Source of the DNA: Diadema antillarum
Lineage: Eukaryota
DNA length: 64,000 nucleotides
Direction: 5' to 3'
NCBI RefSeq assembly: GCF_040938485.1
Contig: NW_027271543.1
Coordinates: 744,001-808,000, forward strand
The notes below the pieces were generated by a model. It saw only the letters and a program-made list of their open reading frames with translations. It did no database searches and had not been told where the DNA came from. This document shows, piece by piece, positions 51,405-62,689 of the stretch. Position 1 is the first letter of the stretch, and the number at the start of each line of letters is the position of its first letter. The position numbers and the translations under genes are program-made.

Positions 51405-53649
51405 TTTTTAAGTATTAGACAGATGAAGGTAACTTTGCCACAAAATTTACGTTACCGAAGACTTTGTTGCGTAATACACGAGTAATATATCAACATCTAC
51501 AGTAATTGTAAATCTGGAAAAGAACAGCTGACGGAGTTATGGCACTTGTTTATTCATGTTGCTTGAGAATGGAAAAGGAAAAGCTGAAAAAAAAACACAC
51601 ACACATTAAGTATGACACTGCAGCATAAAACTTTGAAAGTACAGCCAATGGAAGATATTGATCACTAATTACATTGACTGACATAATTATAAAGGTATAG
51701 AGTTTACTGTTCACCACTGTGTGTATTCATTAAAAGATCTGTTTAGATAGAGAAAGAAGAATAAGAAGATTGGAGAGGTAGAAAAACGAGAGAGATAAGA
51801 AGAGGGAAAAGGAGGAGGAATAGGTATGCAAAGTGGAAGAAAAGTGGAGGAAATGAAATATAAGAGGGAGAAAATGAAGGAGGTAGTCATTTTTCTAGAG
51901 TCATTTAAAGACCTGTAGGTATAGACCTGATAAGGTCTGTTTGATAGAGAAAATTCAAAGGAATAGGTGAGAAGAGAGGAAGAGGAAAGGTCGAAGTAGA
52001 GATAGTCAGTTAGTGAAGACTAGCTCTAATTCTTTCTTGAAGAGTCCTGAAAAGGAATGTGGTTGAAGGGAGGAAGCGTACGGAGAGATTTTTTGATTTT
52101 TCGGACAGGTTGATTGTTCGTCTTCTATGGAGTGATTAACACAGATTGAGCTAGTGTAATGTGTATGTGTTGCTCATCAGGATATCTGATTCATATCGAT
52201 GACCATACTCACTGTCCAAAGAGATGAGTATGTGTACTGTTCAAAACTCATATATCATTTATATCCTAATGTCACATTTTAAAATAACCTCACATAAGAA
52301 CTCATAATACAATCTACACTTGGAAAGGTAGGCCTATAAAATGCATCGCCGTCGTACGTTAAGAGCTTTGAAAGATTATTGACTATCTATCAGGTTGCGC
52401 AGTGGTGATATTTTGATAGCTCAAAATGCATGCTCGAAATTTATCTTACAAAAGATTAGATAATAGCTAAAGCACTTGAATGTATACCCAACACGATGAT
52501 CGAAGGTAAAAACAATCAAAGTTTCATATTATGATTAACTTCATTTGAATTTATTTGATTTGATATATCTATTCTCTGTATGGCACATCATTCACAATTC
52601 TTTTTTCCCCCAGCAATATCATCAAACATACTACTACACAATATGGCTATTTTCTACAATTTCAACAATTTTCAATACACATACATCTGCGACATATCAA
52701 TTACATGCACTATAAATTACCATGTAGAATTGACGTATTTCCACATACAAATTGTATTTTCGTAACGCAAGCCTTAAAATTACACGATCTGTATCTTTCT
52801 CTCCACATACAAATCTATTTTTACTCAAAATTTTCAGGCTTGCATTGTGAATGGTGTGTATGAGCTCATGGAGTATTTCGCTTTTCCTTTTTTTTTTCTC
52901 TTATTTTTCTTCATGTAAAAACACATTTATAATCATAATCTTAATATGCCGAAACAAACGTTATTGCTAGACACACATTTCATGGTGATTTTTCTAAAGG
53001 TTTGAAAAATATTTATCGACCTTCTGCATCTTATTTCTAAATTTTGTATACATCTGTATGTATCTTATTTATAAGATATAAACGTATACAATTTCCTTTC
53101 ACAGTGGTGACTTTAACATGTTATAGGATAAATTCAAATTCCATGGAGAGTTTTAGAGAATGACAGACTGAACATCAGTGGCTGCGCAAATACCACTTTC
53201 TACTCGACCGAGTCATCGAGCGTTGCCCCCTTTCCCATTCCCTGGGTAGAGTGTTTGCTTGCCTGTATTTATACAACGAATATAAACATTTCAATTAGCG
53301 CTTCTTAACAAGCGTATAAATCTCGTTCAGGGATGTTAAAGTTGCCTGAGAACTGTTGGCCGTTTACACGCCACTGCTCACGTACGAGGCAGTACGGCAC
53401 AAACTGCTATCTCCCACTCACCCATATTCTTAAAAAACACAGGAAAGACCACTGTGTTATGGATTCCTGCTTCTTCTTCTTCTTTTTCCCCTTGTTCTTC
53501 TCCTTTTTTCCCCCTTTTTTCAGATTTCATCTCACACGTGCGGAAAGTCCTCCCGAGGGGTGCGTGCGCTCTTTGGTTGTGCGTTGGGATTTGATTTATG
53601 CATTTGGCGCTGTTTAGCGACCACGAGCTCCCTTCTTCCTTGTTCCTCC

Positions 53650-53935
53650 TCGGGGATGTATCAATAACCCGCGACAAAATGGCGATATTAGAGTCATGTC
53701 ACCCTGCATGATGGTTGCACCGCTAATTGGATAAAAGACCGCTGCAAATATTGCCGCATTAATCATTTACACGACGCGATCCAGTATGTTCTTGCCGGGA
53801 GGGCTTTCCTTTCTTCTTCTTGCGCCTTCTTCACAATCATCATTTTCCCCGATGCTGATATAGATGTGCGAAAAATGCAGCTTCGCGCGCGAGCCCCCGT
53901 CCCTCATCGTGTGGTCAGAGCTGCGACAAGTAAGT
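53650..53935 (+). promoter_or_regulatory. CpG island with a YY1 motif and a consensus splice donor; candidate promoter and first exon
   Basis: AAAATGGCG at 53676-53684, dense CpG (CGCGCGCG) and CAA|GTAAGT at 53929/53930. Confidence 0.45.
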
Positions 53936-54798
53936 TAAAATAAGGTGGTTCGATAACTGGACGTACGCGCGTGGTAGAAATGGATCCCCGCATCGAGAGA
54001 GAGAGAGAGAGAAAAAAAAAAGGAATAGCGCCCCGGCTTCCTCATTTCTATCTCTTCCTTCGTCAAATAAGAAGATGTTTTGAAAGGTTTTTATTACCTT
54101 CTACCTCCGGGGTAAACCATCGCATCCTAAAGCCGCTGAAAGTTGAGACGGTTGTTCCGCGAGAAGATGATGCGATCGCTAATTGATGGGGATGGCTTGT
54201 TATTTGAAAGGGAGTGTGGGTAAGGAAAACAATCGTAGGATCACGGAACTTCGGCATTTTGTCTTTCTGCTCCATTCGCCTATTACTATACTTGTATCTG
54301 TTTTGTATCAATCTGTCATGAATGTGTCAATCCGACTACCACTGTTTGTTTTGGGGGGGGGGGTTATTCAGCTATTAATATGTCTTTAAGTTTGAGTATG
54401 ATTTCATATCTCAAGGTATGACGCCCTATATAGGACTGGCTACATGTCGGTTTTCTTATTTCAACAATCAGATAATCATCCTGTTTCTTAATGAACTAAT
54501 ATAGTAGAATAAACAGACTCGCACCATTCGTATATACCATAAGTAAAAGCTCAGGAATTTACAGATAGATAATATCTTTAAGAGAACGAAATCTTGAAAA
54601 TAATAAAGTGCACTAATCGTATTTATAGAATAAAGTTGCATTGACTCCAAGATAGAAATTAAGTAATTTTGTGTTCGTAATTTCATGTAGTAAACTTTTT
54701 CTTCTGTAATTTATCACTTTTATCTAAAGTAAAATGCTTCCTGAAAATTGATTCTCGCCACCATGATTGACATGATGTCGTTCTTACTTTACAGACAC

Positions 54799-54930
54799 NN
54801 NNNNNNNNNNNNNNNNNNNNNNNNNNNNNNNNNNNNNNNNNNNNNNNNNNNNNNNNNNNNNNNNNNNNNNNNNNNNNNNNNNNNNNNNNNNNNNNNNNNN
54901 NNNNNNNNNNNNNNNNNNNNNNNNNNNNNN
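54799..54930. other. Assembly gap (132 N)
   Basis: N run. Confidence 1.
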
Positions 54931-55064
54931 AATAAACTAGTAATGCATTATTTCGCCAATAAGAATGAGTTTATTGTACTCAAATTTTGTACTCAAATTT
55001 TGTACTCAAAATTTGAGTACAATAAACTCATTCTTATTGGCGAAATAATGCATTCTAGTTTATT
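54931..55064. repeat. Near-perfect palindrome (about 58-bp arms) with a central 13-bp tandem repeat, abutting an assembly gap
   Basis: AATAAACTAGTAATGCATTATTTCGCC...CAAATTTTG is the reverse complement of CAAAATTTGAGTAC...GCATTCTAGTTTATT except for one indel. TGTACTCAAATTT occurs about three times at the centre. Confidence 0.9.
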
Positions 55065-55112
55065 TCTTGATTCTTCGTTATATATTATTGGAGCCAATAT
55101 ATACATATAATT

Positions 55113-55150
<38 letters not shown>

Positions 55151-55253
55151 GCGTCGGTGTGTAATAGATAGATATCAAGAGTAAAAGCAGTCGTATAAAA
55201 ACACTGCAGGAGCCAAAAATTGGACTGACGTTTTGGTCAAAGACCTTTATCTT

Positions 55254-55338
<85 letters not shown>
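55254..55338. repeat. Compound (TA)n-(TG)n microsatellite
   Basis: Direct reading. Confidence 0.92.
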
Positions 55339-55341
<3 letters not shown>

Positions 55342-56479
55342 ATACTCTAAGATATATATTACATGTTATTTTGAATATTATTATTGTAAATGCTATATTC
55401 ATCATCAACATTATTATTATTCTAAGCATCTTTCTGTATATCTGGGTTTCTCCATCCGCACTGAAATTTTGGTGTGCTTAATCGCTTTGTTGCCTGACTC
55501 TTCCATTCTGTTATGATATTTCTTTAAATCTAAATTCAAAACAAAAATTTGTCGAACACTTCGAAGTTTCGCCTATCCCTTCTTTGAAATCTTCCTTTGC
55601 CCTTAAATTCTGACAAACTAATCTATTTCTGTTGACGCAACTCCTCTGCTTTGTGTCTTGTCTAATTATCTGGAAGATAGCTTACTTTGTGATGTATCTC
55701 GACTATCACACTATCACTAATCACAAATCAAGGCTAAAGTCGTTGGTTTGACACTATGGTGTCGGTGATAAAATAGAATAAGTCATCTTTCTTCTTGCTT
55801 TAGTTCCATCTGAATCTGAATAAACCAGACAGACAGAGAGAATCGTGCCTTATTCCTTAAACAACAAGTGATGAGCAATATTTTGCTCAGTTGTGTCAGC
55901 TATTCTTTGGGTTTTTCTTACATCCAATCACTTCATTATCATGTGTCTTATGTCCTATATCTTCCATGCATCTCCTTTCTCTCTATTTTATCTACATATT
56001 TCACTTTTATGTTTATCTATTTCAAACCTCTGAGGACTTTCGTCGCCCCTTGCACATCGTGTATACATGTCAAAGTATGTTTGCAGGGCTACGGACAAAT
56101 ATTGAACCAGTAACTCGTGATTGAATGCCGGTTTCCGTGTGTGTGGGTTTTTTTTCGTCGTTTTTCCCCCTCTTCCTTTTTTTTTTAAAGAAGTCACCAA
56201 GGATCTCGGTTCGTGTATTTTTCTACCTCCTATCCAGACCATAAACCAAGGATGAAGAAGCTAGAGAAGAAGAAGAATTCAAGAGAGAGGGGAGGAGGAG
56301 GAAGAAGAAAAAGTAGATCTAAGGAGAGAGATGAGCATCCACCTTCCCCCTTTGCCCATAAATTCATCTTCGTGGGAGATGCTGGGCTGTAAATGAGACG
56401 GGGAGGTGAGCGCAAAATGGATGAGATAATGGTCCCTGGTATTTGTTTCTTCCGTGTGCTCATTAAACATTCTATTTGC

Positions 56480-56820
56480 CTCCGTCCTCCGTCTTTGTCC
56501 GAGCCAAGCCCGAGCTTCGGGGAGGAAGATTGAGGAGATTAAAAATGGCTGCTTGCAGCAGACAAGTCTGCTCAGGAAACCGGAAGCGGCAGTCGCTGAT
56601 GTTTTGGATGGTCATCAGCGAGTGTAATCTTCCTTTTTAGAGTCGCCGTGCCCGAGGTTTTTGGGGCAGCGTCCCGCGTCGACTGTATGGACTGAACTCG
56701 TCGGACCTTGAAGTCCCGTTGGAGTAAAAGTGGAGTGAGAAATATCTCGAGCTGCCTACAAGTGTGTGATAAACCACTTTAACGTCCTGGCAAGGCATTT
56801 TCACTCACCCAAAAGGTAAT
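56480..56820 (+). promoter_or_regulatory. CpG island with YY1 and ETS motifs and a splice donor; candidate promoter or non-coding 5' exon
   Basis: AAAATGGC at 56542-56549, ACCGGAAG at 56579-56586, an acceptor-like TCTTCCTTTTTAG ending at 56640 and AAG|GTAAT at 56815/56816. All three frames across 56641-56815 contain stops. Confidence 0.5.
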
Positions 56821-57138
56821 CTCCGTTGTTGCTGGACGCAGGGGGTGGGTGCGTTTTGTTTTTGCTTTGTTTTGTTTTGTTTTGTTTTGTTTTCGCAGAG
56901 AAAAAGAATAACTTTAACTAAAGACTGCTGTATCTTAGTTATGACGACGACAATGCTATGATTTCAAATCCATTGTAGCATTGTGGGTAAAAAGCAATTC
57001 GCCTTGATTTTTTCACTAGTCTTTGAGACTGAAATAGCAAAACGGAAATTCAAATTTCAACTTAAGTCGAATTCTAAGTCGGAGTTTATGAAGTCGAATT
57101 GCAACATCATTCATATAATATTATACGGAAAATAAATT

Positions 57139-57370
57139 CAGGGGCCACGGATCGTTTTGAGTTGGGGGGGGGGGGGTCTGCGGATGGGGGTCAATGGTAG
57201 CGCTCGTGGAGGGCCAATGGTGCCCTCGCTTTGAGTGGAAGAATCGTTTGGCGGAACCTTCGGAAAGTCTTGGTTTTTTGTTGTGTTTTTATCATTTTCC
57301 GATTTTTTCCCCCCAGAATCTTTTTAAGATCCAAAAGTACACAGCACTGAAGTAAGAGGGCGGCCCGTAT
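57139..57370. mobile_element. Possible decayed CAGGGG-ended MITE
   Basis: It starts CAGGGGCCACGGATCG followed by a poly-G tract, similar in layout to the 4185 element. The putative right end GGGCGGCCCGT matches poorly and I found no TSD. Confidence 0.25.
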
Positions 57371-59611
57371 ACATAACAACCAACATAACGTGACAAAGAT
57401 TGTCAGATTTTAGCAAATACACACAAAATACACATAAACACGTGAACAGGTAAAAGAGAGTTGTATTTTAAAGGTAAGGAATATCTCCATATTTTTTAGA
57501 ATCTTCACAAAAGTTGTAAGATATGTGATAAATTGGAGTCAAATTGCACGCGTCAAAGCAAATGAGGAAATATGACATCTACTGTAGATCCCATAAATCA
57601 GTGCAGTTAACCACCCGACTTTATCACAGCAATATAGGTCATCGATCCCTGTTTATGTGGTAGACAATATAAAGAAAAAAAAAGATGTACCACAAACATA
57701 TGATACACATTATAATAGCTATACAAAATACATGTACTTAATAATATTGTCGATACATCTCATTTTATTTCTTATATAAACGTTGCATTTCAACCAGAAA
57801 TAAACAAAGTTGTATACATGTATATCTATAACTGAATAAGGACTAGAAGCCATTGACTAGATTACCCTAAAATGATTTCGTAGCTTAGTCTTCTGCTTAA
57901 AAAAATAAAGTAGTGAAATGTAAAGAACAACTACATCAATGCTTCTCAGTTCTCTAAGGTTGATGACGGGCCGTTCAAGACGGACGGGGTGTGCAAATGT
58001 CGTTTAGTGATAACCAATGGTCCGAAAAATTGGCGCCACCAGGACCAAGGACCAGCAAAGCTATGCACGGCGCCATCATGGTGTTTCAAAAGACAGGCCG
58101 CGTTTATGCTTGGTGGCAACAAAGGCAAAGGATGGCCCAACTCAAAGTGATTAAAACGTTGCAATTACATTTCCGGTTCGGTGCACACTTTGACTTTATC
58201 TCTGCCTTCTTCTCAATGATTCATTAAAGATACTTTTCTCACTTTTTTCTTCAACCTGAATTTGTGCGTAGAGATGATGGCATGATTTTGAGTGCACTAC
58301 AATAAAATTTTAAGCTAAATGCTGGTTCATTTTTTTTTTTTGTAATATAAAAAGTGAGGAATAGTTTTTGACCAGCGTAATAAATTTGCATGACAATTTT
58401 GATGATTAGTGAAGTATCACTGATACAATTACAAGAAAATCAAACCAAATTTATCGAGACTCCAAGAATGCAGCCGCACGTAGATAATCATTCCATTACA
58501 AAAAAAAAAAAAAGCCAGATCGATACTGACTGTGGCGTTTGCAACATATTCTTTCAGATCGCAAAGTTATTTCCCCCTAATTTATGGTTCCCCAACAGCT
58601 CATTAAAAAAAAAAAGTCTGGGCAAGCAAAATGTTCACATGAAGAGTATTTCTCTGTACAGTCGGATTACTTCCTCTGTGGAGATGTCATACACCAGGTT
58701 ACATGATTTTTCTGTCGTTGTGTTGTTGCGGGGATAATCACGGATTAATATCAGTCTTTTATTTTGTTTCTTTTTACATCCTGTCTGCTATATTATGGTT
58801 TGACTATTTTTGCTGAATGAATAAGTAATTCACTTTTGTAGTCGCATTGATAGGGGAATACGAGGTTATACGCGCCAATGCAGAATAAGCAGTAAATTGT
58901 AGCTCTTTCTATGACGTTCCCTTAGAAAACCTTACGGTATCTATCGCAAGTCAGTTTATTGTGGTAAATCTGCCCATTACCTCATTAAAGTTATTTAGAA
59001 ATTAGATGTTATTACGGCATTTGCAGTTACTTTTAGCTTTGTTGATGTCCAATTAAGTCACATTGAACTGACTATACATAATGAACGCCCGCGTCCTCTC
59101 GGTTTTAGACCGTCATTCTGAGGCCATTGCCCTCGTCAAGCGTTTGCTTATTGATGATGGTCTCCTGTATTTCTGTTACATCCAGAGTTGTTTAATTTGT
59201 CTTTGGACGACAGATACACTGGATCCCATGTTTGCATAAATGCGCATAGAATAAAGCCTGTTTGTTTTCACTTTGCATTGTGTTAGAAAAAAATGTTGGA
59301 TATTTGAATTAATCATTTATCTGGTTTAACTGTCAGATTCAAATTATACTGTGCTTAATTAGTTGGTTCAATTGACTTTGTATTTCATTTATGTATGAAA
59401 AAGAAATTCAGAAATAAAATAAAATCAATCGATCAATCAAAAATGACTAAAAAAGATTGGCTACTATAATGGATTTCTTTTAAAATTGTCAAGGTATGTC
59501 AACATAAGCAAGTAAATTCGAAATACATCAAAGTACTCGTCAAGTTTCATCTTTCCATATACATTGTATACTCGTGCACCCATTAGCAGCCACACAAACA
59601 CACAATCAGAC

Positions 59612-59659
59612 ACCACACACACACACACACAAACGCACACACACACACACGCACACACA
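59612..59659. repeat. Imperfect (CA)n microsatellite
   Basis: Direct reading. Confidence 0.88.
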
Positions 59660-61556
59660 TATAATGTATAATGTTTACACATTGCGTATGAAGAACTTGA
59701 TTCCAGGGCGTGAAGTCCACTTTGTTTAATGTGAGAAAATGGAAGCACATGTTATAAAGCTCTTCGTTTGATTGCAATGATGATGTTTGAATTATCTATA
59801 GCACTTTTCAAGTCAATTCATTTAATTTTTTTTCAGTTCGATTCAATCCAGTTCTTTATTTACCATCAGTTACGAAGTTCAAATTCAAATTTCTATTTCA
59901 AACTCATAAAAGAAGAATAACTTATCATTCTTCTGTAGCCATTTATACAAGAGTTGTGTACGAAGCTTCCAAAGCGCCAATTATGACACAACATCATAGT
60001 CCTTAAGATGCTAGTGCTATTTATCAGTTCAAATCCACCATAATTACAATTAATGGGGCATCCCTTGATTATCAAAGAAAATAGAAGGAAAAACCTGGCA
60101 AGGACGGGAAATGGAAATTCCCAAATCACCACTGACAACAATTTTGCCCCTTTAGCATGAGGAGAAGTTGGTTGAAGGCGGAATAGGGGGGGGGGGGGGG
60201 GGCAGGCGTGATCCTTAGAGTCGGACACTTCACGTAAACACAGAAGCGCTAAATCTTATTTCTATCATTATTATAGTTGCTTTTTCTTCTTCCATTCTCT
60301 CTCTTCAGCCCTCCTTATCTTTATCTTCTCTCCCTCCCTCTCTCCCTCTCTTTCACTCTCCCTTTCTCTCTCTCTATGTCCACGTAATGAGGGCGACAAA
60401 GTATCGGTCACTTTTACCGATTAGCGAATGATCACGGGTTGACGATAGTGATTCATCTTCATTTAGTCACCGATACCACCTCCTTCATTCTCGCGCCATC
60501 TATCTGTCTTTAGCTCTGATGTTCGCATCCAATTATGTTAGCGACACTGTGTACACGCAAATATACTTCAAGACTTCTAATGGTCTGTCTTTTTAGTTTT
60601 CTATAATACTTGGCAGTTCTCCAAGTGAGCGGAGTTTGTTTGTTTCTAAATGAGGAAACATGCTGCTAATTTCTACTTTTTCAGTCGCACGTAGAATAAT
60701 TCCTAAAATTTACTTTATGACATTAACCAGTGTGACATCATGTGTATTCTTTAGTTGGTTGGATTCTTGGAGCTTCCATTCAAAGAAACCTAAGGAGACA
60801 GCACGCCCAATAAAGATTTCCCCTCAAGACAATGGATTCGAAATTGTCCCCGACAACCAGAAAATGTCGTAAAACGTTCGCCCTTCGCCCGTGTCGGTGC
60901 TAATTGGGTTAGCCCACTTCCCCAGCGAGAGAAGTGGCGCGGTGAATTACCATGTTGCCTGTGCAGTGATGATGTTTGTGTACATTATCGGAGCGGGAAC
61001 AAATTGCAAATGCACACCTTCCAAATGAGGTAGATGGGACGAAAGGCCAGTGATATGAGACATTTTAGTTATACTGTCAATGTATACACGTTCCCCCTAA
61101 TGGATTTTGTTTTGTTAACAGCTCGCTGGGTCTCTGATGAAGAGAAAATAGCAAAACAAAAGCCGGGTGTCGTATTAGCGTTCCAAGTACAAAAACCGTC
61201 AACGGAACAGTGTCATGTTCAAATGTAGAGCAGATTTTAGTGGGACGAGGCGCACTCACGATTTAGGGCAAATAAACAAAGTTCAGTCATTAGAACGCAG
61301 AAAAACCCGAGGAGTTGTGATTTAATGAGTTCTCTGTGCAGCTTTTCTTGTCCCCTATACTCATGTCATTTTTCATTTCTACATCGGACTCTTTATTCGC
61401 TTCTGATCTTTTATCCCTGGAATATTAAAGTCTAAACTGAATTTCAACATTAACTACAGAACTCCAAATTTATTTGTTACATCTTGCGTCATCTTGTCAT
61501 AAAATGCATTTTTGCTTGTTCTAGCACATGTACATGAATTCTACAACCCTGCCTTG

Positions 61557-61848
61557 CAGTTGGAGGCGTTCGATTCGAAAGTGTCTGTTCTTACCCCCGA
61601 AAAGGGCATATTTATCGATGGCATAAACTCCTACCATATAGTACTTTTATATATGAACTCGAACATGATAGACTGTACCTCATTCTGTTATTCTTTCAGT
61701 TGGAGGCATTCAATTTGAAAGTGTTTGTTCTATACCCCCGAAAAGGGCATATTTTCATCGGTCAAGTTAAATGTTTATCGATGGCATAAACTCCCACCAT
61801 AGTACCTTTATATGAACTCGAACATGATAGACTACCTCTTTCTGTTAT
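61557..61848. repeat. Tandem duplication of a unit of about 140 bp (2 diverged copies)
   Basis: Both copies start CAGTTGGAGGC (61557 and 61697) and share ACCCCCGAAAAGGGCATATTT, TTTATCGATGGCATAAACTCC and TATATGAACTCGAACATGATAGACT. Copy 2 has an insertion of about 20 bp. Confidence 0.9.
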
Positions 61849-62599
61849 ACAGGAGATGCCTTCCTATATAGAATGAATGTGATGCAAGGCATTGAGAGAA
61901 TGAATATTCACAAACTGCTAAAAGAGAGAACCTTTATAAGGGGTTAAAATGTTCCATTTTCTTTTGGAACAAATTTTCGATTATTGTAAGGAAGAGGGTA
62001 ACATTATCATCAGTTTCTGGGTTTTGAAGTAATTACAGAAGTTATATACTTGCCAATTACAATGGTTTAAGTCAAGTTACTGAAATTATGTAGTTTGCCG
62101 CTGTCAATGTTTTGAGAATTGTCTTTTAAGATACGGATGTAATCATACGCGAGGGAATTGTGCTGAGATGTAATTATGACTTAATCAACATTATTGTTAT
62201 ATATTGCCTTATGGTTATCTATCACTTTACATCGTGTACGTACGTCACTCTCTTAAGTGTGTATGGTTTTGTTATGTTTGTGTTGATGTTGTTGGATTAA
62301 AGAAAAAGACAGAAGCTAAAATTCCGGTAAAATATTTTCATTTTGGAGTGTCGATATTGTAACCGTCATAAGACAACATCAGCGGTGTCGAGCAAAAACA
62401 AAAGCCACTTGAAACGAGAAATAACGATATGTCAATCCTTGTTAGAGAATATGCCACAGTGTAATGGATCTCAACATACTGCCGCGTCAAATGATTCGGT
62501 TGTATTAAATTTTATAACTCAATTGTTATTCCAGCTAGGGAGACGGCTTCCAGACTGAAAACAAAAATAAAAGAAGGAAAAAAAAAACACGCTCACTCA

Positions 62600-62625
62600 C
62601 TTACACACACACTAGTGCGCGCACA

Positions 62626-62680
<55 letters not shown>

Positions 62681-62689
62681 ACACACACA
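62600..62689. repeat. Imperfect (CA)n microsatellite
   Basis: Direct reading. Confidence 0.9.

Noticed and set aside
51539-51560. TATGGCACTTGTTTATTCA resembling the miR-183 5' end
   Set aside because: The match stops after 9 nt and there is no complementary arm.
51760-52110. Purine-rich tract with a minus-strand ...SGLFKKELELVFTN* vaguely like a LINE ORF2 C-terminus
   Set aside because: It is too short and degenerate, and no RT motifs are visible.
1941-55110. ORFs containing long X runs
   Set aside because: They are artifacts of translating across N gaps.
56545-56640. ATG in AAAATGGCT opening a 31-codon ORF
   Set aside because: It stops at 56640 before any donor. The AAAATGGC is better explained as a YY1 motif.
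61033-61055. GATGGGACGAAAGGCC resembling a SINE core fragment
   Set aside because: There are no pol III A/B boxes or tail nearby, and the match is too short.
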